A DNA stretch of 64,000 nucleotides from an uncultured Clostridia bacterium (GTDB lineage Bacteria > Bacillota > Clostridia > Christensenellales > CALVMC01): positions 5,842-69,841 of the forward strand of contig CALVMC010000003.1 in the NCBI GenBank assembly GCA_944342015.1, written 5' to 3'. This document shows, in pieces, positions 1 to 7,884 of the stretch (position 1 is its first letter; the number at the start of each line of letters is the position of its first letter). The notes beneath the pieces are model-generated. The model was given only the letters and a program-made list of their open reading frames with translations, was not told the DNA's origin and did not search any database. The translations under genes were made by a program, and so were the position numbers.

Positions 1-326
1 CAATTTCGTTTATAACATAGCCTAAAGTTTTAGTTCCCTTTTAATTTTTGGTATGGTATAATGCTGGGACTTGTTCAATATCATTACAGCAGGTTTTAGT
101 TCCCTTTTAATTTTTGGTATGGTATAATATCAAGATAAGACAACTGAAAAAGAGTATGGTTTTAGTTCCCTTTTAATTTTTGGTATGGTATAATTATCGC
201 GCATAACAGCAAACATCGGCTCAAGTTTTAGTTCCCTTTTAATTTTTGGTATGGTATAATACTATCAGGCGGCAATCTATCAGGAAATCCGTTTTAGTTC
301 CCTTTTAATTTTTGGTATGGTATAAT
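1..326 (+). CRISPR. CRISPR array, type II-C style (5 repeats, 4 full spacers plus 1 partial)
   Basis: Five identical 36-bp repeats GTTTTAGTTCCCTTTTAATTTTTGGTATGGTATAAT lie at 27-62, 93-128, 159-194, 225-260 and 291-326. They are separated by four unique 30-bp spacers. Bases 1-26 are a partial spacer, so the array probably continues beyond the window. The strand given is the predicted crRNA sense, since type II repeats begin GTTTTAG. Confidence 0.95.
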
Positions 327-346
327 AGAAGAGAACTTAAAAAAGG

Positions 347-378
347 AAAAACACCTTATAAAAAGGTGTTTTTCTTTA
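347..378. terminator. Candidate bidirectional terminator between the array and cas2
   Basis: Inverted repeat AAAAACACCTT (347-357) / AAGGTGTTTTT (363-373) with a 5-nt loop. It has an A-run before and a T-run after, so it resembles an intrinsic terminator on either strand. The stem is short and only modestly GC-rich. Confidence 0.45.
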
Positions 379-456
379 TATATAGAAAACAATGAAATTT
401 AAATATTTTTATTTTAACTTTTTCTCTGCTTTTTTTTAAAATTTTGATTTTTTAAG

Positions 457-777
457 TCAAATAAATGTCAGCTGAATGTATTTTGATTCTTTTTCCGGCG
501 GTTTTTTCTCGCCTGCTATTATCTTTATGGAAGCATATTGCTTTTCCGTCACGCTCAAAACTCTTATAGAGCCTGTTGAAGGTGCAATCTTTTTTAATCT
601 TTCATAATGTTTTTCCGCACCGTCCGGTCCGTTGCACAGCCTTGCATAAACCGAATACTGCACCATATAATATCCGTCATTGACAAGAGCGTTTCTGAAA
701 GAAGTTGCCATATGCCGCTCTTCCTTTGTTTTTACCGGTAAATCAAAAAATACTATTAATCTCATAAAATTACTCAT
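457..777 (-). CDS. cas2: CRISPR-associated endoribonuclease Cas2
   Basis: 106 aa. The N-terminus MRLIVFFDLPVKTKEE...YMVQYSVYARL is a typical Cas2 ferredoxin-fold signature. It overlaps the cas1 stop by 8 nt and is last in the cas9-cas1-cas2 operon. Confidence 0.92.
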   Translation of the reverse strand: MSNFMRLIVFFDLPVKTKEERHMATSFRNALVNDGYYMVQYSVYARLCNGPDGAEKHYERLKKIAPSTGSIRVLSVTEKQYASIKIIAGEKKPPEKESKYIQLTFI

Positions 778-1663
778 AACTGTGTTGTATTATCTCTATG
801 CACAAAGGCATATTGAGTTTATCACTTTCGCCTTTAAAGTATGAAAGCAAACTTTCCGCCGTAATTTCCGCAGCCCTTGAAAGAGTGTATCTTCCGCCGT
901 TAATTTTTATATCGGCGTCCACTATCGAGAAGATTTGCCTTTTATCGAATTTGTTTTCCAAACTTCCCTGCATGCAAAGTTTATATACGAGTGCGTCTAC
1001 CGTAGGTCTGAAAGGTTCCATAATATCGTCTGCAAGATTGAATGCGTTAAGTTCGCTTCTGTGGAATATTCCGTAAGCGCACTCGAACCCCCTTGCCGCA
1101 AGTTGCCTTGCTATAAGCGAACGGACGATAGCATACCCGTAATTCAATGCGCCGTTTATATTACTCTCGCTTGTCCTTGTAAAACCTTTGCCGAAAAGAG
1201 CGGTAAAATACAGTCTTGCGCTTTCCGCCTCTTTATTGTCGGAATCGTTGCTTGCAACGGTTTTACTGATATCTTCGAGCTTTAATGCTTCCTTTTCCTT
1301 TCCGTAAATCCTGAGACAATTCGCCTGATTTTCTATCTTTCTTATGACTATTTGCTTCCAGAGTCCTTTTTTTCTCGGTTTAGATATTTCCGCCTGCGCC
1401 TTTAAAACCGAAAGTCTTTTAAAATACCCTGCCTGTGTTGTTATCAAAGAGGAAGGCATATGTTTTTCATCGCAGATTATTACCGCCGCACCTGCTTTTG
1501 TAAGTTCGTTTAATGCGTAAAGCGTAATGCTTGTCTTTAAATTATCCGCCATAACGCAGTTTATATCTTCCAAAGGGAATTGATTTTCTTCGGTAACTAT
1601 AAGTTTATTGTTTTTTACCCTGATATCGCACTCAGAGCCTATAAAGACATTTATGAATCCCAT
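770..1663 (-). CDS. cas1: CRISPR-associated integrase Cas1 (type II)
   Basis: 297 aa. Conserved C-terminal region NGALNYGYAIVRSLIARQLAARGF...GIFHRSELNAFNLADDIMEPFRP. It overlaps the cas9 stop by 13 nt. Confidence 0.95.
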   Translation of the reverse strand: MGFINVFIGSECDIRVKNNKLIVTEENQFPLEDINCVMADNLKTSITLYALNELTKAGAAVIICDEKHMPSSLITTQAGYFKRLSVLKAQAEISKPRKKGLWKQIVIRKIENQANCLRIYGKEKEALKLEDISKTVASNDSDNKEAESARLYFTALFGKGFTRTSESNINGALNYGYAIVRSLIARQLAARGFECAYGIFHRSELNAFNLADDIMEPFRPTVDALVYKLCMQGSLENKFDKRQIFSIVDADIKINGGRYTLSRAAEITAESLLSYFKGESDKLNMPLCIEIIQHSYE

Positions 1664-4600
1664 TTGTCGTCCCGCTTTTCGCTTTTTACTTCGCTTACAT
1701 TGCCTAAAATATCGACGCAGTATTTTTTTATTTCAGGTATGGTTTTTAAACCTTTCCTTGTTTTATAAGAATTATCGTGATTTATAATGTTGATTGCACC
1801 TGATGAAATGTCTATTCCCTGATAATAGAAAAGTCCTTCGCTAAGTTGTATTTTTTCCTTATTGCCTTCGATAGCCGGTTCGAGATTAAAAGGACTTTTA
1901 TCCCTAATATACACTAAATCGTTTTTGTACAGTGAAAATTTGAACTCGTAACTGTCGTCAATAGTATCCCAATCTTCGTACTTTTTTCCTGCACATATCG
2001 CTTTATTCGGTAATTTTTTGGAATAGTAATCTTTTACATATACTGGTACGCAGTAATATTTACCGTCTTTATAGAATATATCCGTCCTTAACATAGGACC
2101 ATTGTTTGCAAGGGCTTTGCCGTCGTTTAAAAGGACATAGTCGGTAATCTTCTCGTCAATCCACACCGATTTTACGGGGTTGCCTTGCAGGCCGGATTGA
2201 GTAGGTTTATAAAAAGGTTCTTTAAAGGCTTCTCCTGCATTTCCGTTGAACTGCCGCAATCTTTCAAGGAGCGCTTCATAAAGCAATCTGTCGTCCTTTT
2301 TTGCCTTTTCGTTATAACCTGCTATTGCGCTTTTATCGGCTGTTAATTTAAGTTTTGTAAGTTCTGTTTTTGAAGATGAATATCCTTTATCGATAGCGCG
2401 GGCGGAGCGGATAGTTTCCTTATGAATGGAACCGGTTGCCTTTCTTTCGGGCATACGGGATACGAAAATCGGTTTAAACTCGTTAATCTCTTTACTTTCA
2501 TATCCTATTCCGTTAAGTTTATCGAGATATTTAACGGCAAGCTTTTCAGGGTTTTCGGAAAGTTTAATATCGAGTTCTTCAACAAATCCCTCGTAAGGTT
2601 TCTTCTGGTCTAAATAGAGTTTATCGTACTCGTCACTTTCCAAAAGGACGCCGTCTGCGTCTGTAAAATAAACTTTTCCTTCATCGAACTTTTTACCGAG
2701 TTCTTTTTTTATGTTGTATCTTGTAATTTTATGGACCATACCGTCGGTTACGCAGGCGATAACGGCGGCGTCCATTGCGTGGTGTTTGTCGCCGTCCGTT
2801 CTAACTTTTTTGAGTCCCCAAACCTTTCTTAGATATGCGGTAATTCTGCCGTTAACGGCAATAACTTGCTTCTTTTTATTTTCCAAAGTATCGAGATAGA
2901 GATAATCGTTTATTAGGTTATATAAAAATCTCGTAATATATTTTGTATCGTTCAAAGTTCTCTGTTTGCTTTCCATTGCGTCTTTTTCGGTAAATGTTTC
3001 ACGCAAAAGATTGTTTCTTTTATAGATAAATTTATTTAAAGAGTAGTGTGCCGCTATAAAGTCGTTAAAATTATTCCACCTTTTAGCGTCACTTCCAAAG
3101 TACTCAAAAGGAATTTTGTTTCCTTTATCTCTGTTTTCACGGGTTTTGACAAGAACTTTATTTGAATATCTGTCGTCAAAGGAACGGCTGTACGGAATTA
3201 TATGGTCTACTTCTGCATAATCGGGTTCGTTAATTACTCTGTCAAGGTCAAACGGCGTAAGGCTGTATGCGCACTTGCCGCCCTGCTCGTCGTATAATCT
3301 GACTTTCATAATCTCTAACGGAGAAATACTCGATTTATGGAACTTTGAAGCAAGTTCCTGTCTTATACTTTCATACTTCCTTTCTCTGTCGTCGTTTTCT
3401 CTTTTTATGTCTTGTCTTTCTTTATGTGTTTTTGAAAGTTCTCTTGCAAGTTCTATATTGACAGCGCAAGGAGAGCCGTATTTATCTATTATGGAATTTA
3501 AAACCTTTATCGTCTGAGATACGGAGCGTCTTACAACGGGCGAATTGATTTCGTCAAGTAAACTTTTTAATATACCTTTTCCGTTACCGATATTATGCTC
3601 TGCAAGTTCTTCTTCACTCAAAACTTCTTTGAGATACTTATCGCTAAGTTTTTTTGCTTTTTGCATTCCGCTGTGCATTTTAAAATCAAAGCCTGCACTT
3701 TCACATGCTGTATCGTATTTCTGTCCTTGTTCGAGATAAGGTATTATTTTATTCATAGCCTTAACCGACAGTGAGCCGAACTTTGAATAATCTAGTTCGA
3801 GTAATCCTTCCTTTTCAGTGTCGGTAAGCAATTTGGTTTCTTCGGTTTCGGAAAATCTTTTAAGTCTTTTTTCGTCGCTTTTGCACTGTGAAATTATTTC
3901 CGCTATTTTATCGATTAAAGGGATATTCCCCTTGTTTTCTTCGTTAAGTTTGCTTCTTATTTCGTAGCTTTGAGCCATTGTCACGAAAACCGCTTTTTCG
4001 TATTCGTTCTCGCTCATTTCCTTTTTTGCGCCCTTGTAACTTAACAAATTGAATCTTGCGTCAGTATCTATATTAAGTTGTTTTTTTACCTGTTCATATG
4101 CAAGGCTTTTTGCGGTTTTTATTTTTTCGAAAAGATACCTTTTCTCTTCGTCTGTCAATGTCCGCTCTTCCCCTTTAATTTTTGTTATTTTCAGATTGTT
4201 TATTTTTTGCAGTGCAGTAAAATAACCGAATGTATAACTTGCTTTCGGCGCTCTGTACTCGTCTTTATAAAACGGGCATTTACCTACGGGGTAATTTTCA
4301 ATTCTGTATTTGCTGGGATATGCAGGACCTTCGTCATAGGACCTTCTCGATTTGAATATTTCAATATATTTTTCCTTAAACTCTTTGCTTATCAGTCCTT
4401 GCTGAACTTGTTTTTCCAAAATCAATTCGATTTCTTTCAGTAATTCCTTCCTTGCAAAAGTATTCGAATAATTTTTCCCTTTATTTCTTGTATGATATAT
4501 TCTTTTCCCGTCTTTTATGTCAAAATACTTAGTATCCTTATAAAGCATTTCGCCGACTGTCCTATATCCTTTTTCGTTGAACAGTTTTTCGTTTTCCTGT

Positions 4601-5034
4601 ACGGCGGCAAGCAGTTTTCCCGTATCTTTACTCTTTAATTCGCTTTTCCTTGTAGACTCGAAGCCTCTGTGTTTTACAAAATATCTGAGCAGTGCGTATA
4701 ATTCTTCCTGCGTTAACTTTCTGTCCAGACCTTCCGCTCTCAGTTTGTATATGTCTGGAATATTTACATTTTCTATATCCGTATCCTTAAAAGAGTTCAA
4801 AAAAAGGGCTCGCACTCGTTCGGCTCTGTGCGCCCTTCTTCTGAGTCTTCTTCTGAGTCCTCTCGCTTCCCTTCTTTTTGCTGCGCCTGTCGTTCCGTCT
4901 TTCGGATTTTCGGCAGCTTCAAAAATTCTCGAACCTAATCCTAATAGTTTTTGCGGCTCGCCTGTTTTGTTACATTCGTAAGCAGCCCAACCTACCGATG
5001 TTACCCCTATATCCAATCCTATTCTGTACTTCAT
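1651..5034 (-). CDS. cas9: Cas9, type II-C size class (1127 aa)
   Basis: RuvC-I is MKYRIGLDIGVTSVGWA. The Arg-rich bridge helix is RREARGLRRRLRRRAHR. The HNH motif is EVDHIIPYSRSFDDRYSNKVLV...NRDKGNKIP and RuvC-III is HHAMDAAVIA. All catalytic residues appear intact. No csn2 or cas4 is present in the locus. Confidence 0.97.
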   Translation of the reverse strand: MKYRIGLDIGVTSVGWAAYECNKTGEPQKLLGLGSRIFEAAENPKDGTTGAAKRREARGLRRRLRRRAHRAERVRALFLNSFKDTDIENVNIPDIYKLRAEGLDRKLTQEELYALLRYFVKHRGFESTRKSELKSKDTGKLLAAVQENEKLFNEKGYRTVGEMLYKDTKYFDIKDGKRIYHTRNKGKNYSNTFARKELLKEIELILEKQVQQGLISKEFKEKYIEIFKSRRSYDEGPAYPSKYRIENYPVGKCPFYKDEYRAPKASYTFGYFTALQKINNLKITKIKGEERTLTDEEKRYLFEKIKTAKSLAYEQVKKQLNIDTDARFNLLSYKGAKKEMSENEYEKAVFVTMAQSYEIRSKLNEENKGNIPLIDKIAEIISQCKSDEKRLKRFSETEETKLLTDTEKEGLLELDYSKFGSLSVKAMNKIIPYLEQGQKYDTACESAGFDFKMHSGMQKAKKLSDKYLKEVLSEEELAEHNIGNGKGILKSLLDEINSPVVRRSVSQTIKVLNSIIDKYGSPCAVNIELARELSKTHKERQDIKRENDDRERKYESIRQELASKFHKSSISPLEIMKVRLYDEQGGKCAYSLTPFDLDRVINEPDYAEVDHIIPYSRSFDDRYSNKVLVKTRENRDKGNKIPFEYFGSDAKRWNNFNDFIAAHYSLNKFIYKRNNLLRETFTEKDAMESKQRTLNDTKYITRFLYNLINDYLYLDTLENKKKQVIAVNGRITAYLRKVWGLKKVRTDGDKHHAMDAAVIACVTDGMVHKITRYNIKKELGKKFDEGKVYFTDADGVLLESDEYDKLYLDQKKPYEGFVEELDIKLSENPEKLAVKYLDKLNGIGYESKEINEFKPIFVSRMPERKATGSIHKETIRSARAIDKGYSSSKTELTKLKLTADKSAIAGYNEKAKKDDRLLYEALLERLRQFNGNAGEAFKEPFYKPTQSGLQGNPVKSVWIDEKITDYVLLNDGKALANNGPMLRTDIFYKDGKYYCVPVYVKDYYSKKLPNKAICAGKKYEDWDTIDDSYEFKFSLYKNDLVYIRDKSPFNLEPAIEGNKEKIQLSEGLFYYQGIDISSGAINIINHDNSYKTRKGLKTIPEIKKYCVDILGNVSEVKSEKRDDKWDS

Positions 5035-5075
5035 ATTTCCCCCTGATTTTTCCCTATTTAAATATATATTTTATC

Positions 5076-5177
5076 TAATTTTAAGTTCACAATATTAAAT
5101 AATTTAAGTTCAATAAATTAACTTAAACTAAGCATATTAGTTAATTTCAATTCAGTACATTATTTAATTTAAGTTCA
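5076..5177 (-). repeat. Three direct copies of TAATTT(T)AAGTTCA in the cas9 upstream region
   Basis: Copies at 5076-5089, 5100-5112 and 5165-5177 (plus-strand reading). They lie 42-143 nt upstream of the cas9 ATG at 5034. Confidence 0.5.
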
Positions 5178-5224
5178 GCCTATCAGTTAATTTTAAATTT
5201 TAAGACCCTTATTAAAAATCCTTT

Positions 5225-5322
5225 GTATATAAGATGTCCCTGCATAAAACAGGGACAGAGCTTTACGGGAAAATTCCCTTATTTTAGTAACCTTTAAATT
5301 TTTGGTATGGTATAAAGTTACT
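5225..5322 (-). ncRNA. Predicted tracrRNA
   Basis: Bases 5281-5316 match the CRISPR repeat at 31 of 36 positions, so the minus-strand transcript is an anti-repeat to the plus-sense crRNA. Mismatches at repeat positions 9-10 would form a bulge after an 8-bp lower stem. Downstream hairpins are GGGAATTTTCCC (5268-5279) and GTCCCTG-N7-CAGGGAC (5236-5256), followed by a U-containing tail. Both ends are approximate. Confidence 0.6.
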
Positions 5323-5328
5323 GATATT

Positions 5329-5357
5329 ATTTTACAATAAATATCTTATTTTGTCAA
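5329..5357 (-). promoter_or_regulatory. Sigma70-type promoter for the tracrRNA
   Basis: On the minus strand, TTGACA (5357-5352) is followed by a 17-nt spacer and TAAAAT (5334-5329). The predicted TSS is ~5322, just 5' of the anti-repeat. Confidence 0.55.
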
Positions 5358-5378
5358 TATTTGTTTAAAAATTTATTT

Positions 5379-5879
5379 TCAAATTTGCGGAACGATAACA
5401 ATTATTTCCTTTTTCTGTTTAGAGGCATATTCCAAAGTTTTTTTTGTTCCGCCTTCTTTTCCGTTGAACAATGCAATTACAAGTGAAGAAGAATTTACCA
5501 TATATCTGTTTCTTTCTTGCATACATCCATTTTCGTAATGATTATAAATACACCTAATTTTATCAGCTTTATTAAGAATATTTTTATACCTTAATTGCTG
5601 TTCTAAATCCCATAGTTTTTCCTGACCTTTGCAAGGAATTGCACATTCCAAAAAAATATCGGAGTATCTCTTTTTGAATTCTAATACTATTTCAGCACAC
5701 ATCATATCAAACCCCAAAGCCATTCCTGTTATAAAATACCTTTTACCGTCTTTAATACAATTTTTTATTACTGATTTGGTTTCTTTTCTTGTCAATCTAA
5801 ATCTTCTATCATTTTCATTAAATCCCCAAGGCAATTTTTGATTTCTATGGCCTGTGAAACATACTTTATTATCTAACAT
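5379..5879 (-). CDS. SLOG-fold DUF1273 (YpsA-like) family protein
   Basis: The product starting MLDNKVCFTGHRNQKLP...YFITGMALGFDMMCAEIVL...ALFNGKEGGTKKTLEYA matches recalled DUF1273/YpsA family motifs. The ATG at 5879 follows a GGAG RBS. The longer ORF in the track starts at a TTG. Confidence 0.75.
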   Translation of the reverse strand: MLDNKVCFTGHRNQKLPWGFNENDRRFRLTRKETKSVIKNCIKDGKRYFITGMALGFDMMCAEIVLEFKKRYSDIFLECAIPCKGQEKLWDLEQQLRYKNILNKADKIRCIYNHYENGCMQERNRYMVNSSSLVIALFNGKEGGTKKTLEYASKQKKEIIVIVPQI

Positions 5880-5922
5880 AAATACTCCTTCAACAACTTT
5901 TATAAATAATATAACACTATTT

Positions 5923-5940
5923 ATGGTTGTACGCAACCAT
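5923..5940. promoter_or_regulatory. Palindrome ATGGTTG-N4-CAACCAT in the divergent SLOG/XRE promoter region (candidate XRE operator)
   Basis: 7-bp perfect arms at 5923-5929 and 5934-5940. An extra half-site ATGGTTA lies at 5967-5973. Confidence 0.35.
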
Positions 5941-5996
5941 ATATACAAAATTTTAAATACTAAAATATGGTTATAAATAACTATGAGGTAAATTAA

Positions 5997-6239
5997 ATGA
6001 ATAATGTAAACAGAGCGGTTGCTTTGAGAATTTCAGAATTATTGCAAAGTCAAGGTATCACTCAGTACAGACTTGCAATAAAGAGCGGAATTACTCATTC
6101 TACTTTAAAAAACATAATGCACGAAACTGTTAAAGACAATCTTTTGTCGACGGTTATTTTAATTGCTCGTGGATTTGATATGACTGTCAGCAAATTTCTC
6201 GACAGTCCCCTTTTCTCGGAAGAAAATTTGGATATATAG
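5997..6239 (+). CDS. XRE-family helix-turn-helix transcriptional regulator
   Basis: 80 aa. The segment LRISELLQSQGITQYRLAIKSGITHSTLKNIM is a classic HTH_3/XRE pattern. A GAGG RBS precedes the start. Confidence 0.85.
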   Translation: MNNVNRAVALRISELLQSQGITQYRLAIKSGITHSTLKNIMHETVKDNLLSTVILIARGFDMTVSKFLDSPLFSEENLDI

Positions 6240-6355
6240 TTTTAAATATCATATATAGTTTTCATTTTTTAATTTTACATACAAATATTTGATTCTAAAA
6301 TTTATAATAAAATAGTAAATGAAAAAAATAAGCAAATTTTGTGCTTTTTTTTACA

Positions 6356-6384
6356 TTGAAATCAATCTTTATTCAATGTATAAT
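6356..6384 (+). promoter_or_regulatory. Promoter for the orfA-vapD operon
   Basis: TTGAAA (6356-6361), a 17-nt spacer, then TATAAT (6379-6384) preceded by TG (extended -10). Confidence 0.5.
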
Positions 6385-6400
6385 AATACTATATAAAATA

Positions 6401-6856
6401 AAAAAGGAGCCTAAAGAAATGGAAAAACAATATAAATCAATGACAGAAGAATTAATAGAAAAAGCAAGCAAACAAAAACCAAAAGAAGAAAAGAAAATGG
6501 AAAATGTTCAATACATTTTAATGGACGAAGAAGCTATGCTTAATTCCGGAAGAAAGTTTAATTTTGATTTAATGTATAAAGCATTTGATACAATTTTTTT
6601 AGAAGCAGGATATAAGAAAAACGAGAATGTTACCGAAGGTGTTGAATATTACGGTTGTGATGATTTACCTAAAACTTTTGGCGTGAATTGGCGATTAAAA
6701 GACCAAAGTTGGTTTTTGCCGTACTGTAAAGAATGGATTTGGACTTGTATTAAAAAAAATGGGGATATAGAAATTTATGATGAATTGGAACAAACAAAAA
6801 AATGGAAAAGAATATTGGGCTATTAATTTTGATCTCGATACAAAAGAAATGGAAAA
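6401..6856 (+). repeat. Left copy of the ~455-bp direct repeat (pairs with 24248-24702)
   Basis: Hand alignment gives roughly 18 mismatches and one 1-nt indel over ~455 bp. The repeat covers the RBS, all of orfA and the first ~26 codons of vapD. Confidence 0.9.
6419..6826 (+). CDS. Hypothetical protein (orfA), a possible VapD partner or diverged Cas2-fold paralogue
   Basis: The ATG at 6419 follows an AGGAG RBS. A near-identical paralogue lies at 24265-24678. It overlaps vapD by 50 nt in another frame. Confidence 0.6.
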   Translation: MEKQYKSMTEELIEKASKQKPKEEKKMENVQYILMDEEAMLNSGRKFNFDLMYKAFDTIFLEAGYKKNENVTEGVEYYGCDDLPKTFGVNWRLKDQSWFLPYCKEWIWTCIKKNGDIEIYDELEQTKKWKRILGY

Positions 6857-7205
6857 GTCTTTAGGAAATACAACCAAAGGCTATAGACTTTTAGAAAAAT
6901 CTTTTGAAGAAGTAGGCTTTATTCATCGTCAAGGTTCCGGCTATATTTCTTTAAATAAATTAAATCAATCAGACATAGAAAATATAACAAAATTTTTATC
7001 ATATAAACACGAATGGTTATGTGACTCTATAAAAACATTCGACGCAACAATTATAAATGAAGAAAAGTTTTCATTAGAAAACGAAATTAAAGCATTTAAG
7101 AAAGAAAAACAAATAGAAATAGAAGAAAACAATACAGCATTAACTTTTGAAGATTATTTAAAGCAAGTAAAGAATAAATCAAAAAACAATGAATTTTCAA
7201 GATAG
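6777..7205 (+). CDS. vapD: VapD-family (Cas2-fold) endoribonuclease-like protein
   Basis: YWAINFDLDTKEMEKSL...GYRLLEKSFEEVGFIHRQGSGYIS matches the recalled VapD N-terminal pattern (YAIAFDL ... GF..QGSVY). The start codon (6777 or 6780) is uncertain. Confidence 0.7.
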   Translation: MMNWNKQKNGKEYWAINFDLDTKEMEKSLGNTTKGYRLLEKSFEEVGFIHRQGSGYISLNKLNQSDIENITKFLSYKHEWLCDSIKTFDATIINEEKFSLENEIKAFKKEKQIEIEENNTALTFEDYLKQVKNKSKNNEFSR

Positions 7206-7213
7206 GAGTAAGT

Positions 7214-7861
7214 ATGAAAAAAATAAATACTTTATTTTTAATAATATGTTCAATAATATGTTTATCATTAAGTTTGTCAGCTTGTGTTCCGACTAAATTT
7301 CCACAAAACGATGATAAAGAATATAAATTCTCAAAATATTTTGATATAACTGTAGAGAATAAATATTTAAGCACCGATTGTTATAACCGTTATATTTTCG
7401 TTTCAAAAATAAACGATTCTAGTCCTTATTGGTATTGGATAGGTGAAATTAAAGAAATAAAAAATATTAAAATAAAACAAATAAAAGAGTTTAACGAATA
7501 CAGTCTCGATACAGATCTTAAAAATTTACAAGAAGCAGATTTAAGAGTCGGTTGGTATAATTCTTTTCTCGAATATGAAACAAATAAAATAGAAGAAACT
7601 TTAGGAACCGAAGCTGATCCGGGAGACTACAATGCTTTAGATATAGCTTCTGGTGGTAAAAAATTTTATTATATAAACGAAATCATCGATGAAAATAAAA
7701 TTGAAATTGTTATGAATGTTAAATTTGGTAATTTTCTTATAACGGCTTTAGAAGACGATAACGGTATGCACTATTTAGGACTGATTTTATACAGCACGCA
7801 AGATAATTTATCTAAATTTGTAAGTGTCGATTTTTCCGAAGCAACCGTTGTTTTTAATTAA
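7214..7861 (+). CDS. Lipoprotein of unknown function
   Basis: Signal peptide MKKINTLFLIICSIICLSLSLSAC with a lipobox L-S-A-C. An AGGAG RBS precedes the start. Confidence 0.75.
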   Translation: MKKINTLFLIICSIICLSLSLSACVPTKFPQNDDKEYKFSKYFDITVENKYLSTDCYNRYIFVSKINDSSPYWYWIGEIKEIKNIKIKQIKEFNEYSLDTDLKNLQEADLRVGWYNSFLEYETNKIEETLGTEADPGDYNALDIASGGKKFYYINEIIDENKIEIVMNVKFGNFLITALEDDNGMHYLGLILYSTQDNLSKFVSVDFSEATVVFN

Positions 7862-7884
7862 TTTATTATTAAATAGGGGGGAAT

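Noticed and set aside
63-290. Checked whether the four visible spacers target the adjacent island (self-targeting).
   Set aside because: I found no match by eye. The spacers are noticeably more GC-rich than the island. An exact-match search is needed, so this is unproven either way.
798-5078. Numerous 60-134 aa plus-strand ORFs lie inside cas1 and cas9 (e.g. 935-1285, 4078-4443, 4577-4981).
   Set aside because: They are antisense to strongly supported cas genes, have low-complexity S/F/L-rich products, and lack an RBS. They are frame artefacts.
6777-6826. Possible programmed frameshift at the A7 run (ACAAAAAAATGG) that would fuse orfA to vapD.
   Set aside because: In the paralogous copy the run is interrupted (ACAAGAAAATGG). 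vapD also has its own in-frame ATG codons at 6777 and 6780. Simple overlapping genes are the more economical reading.
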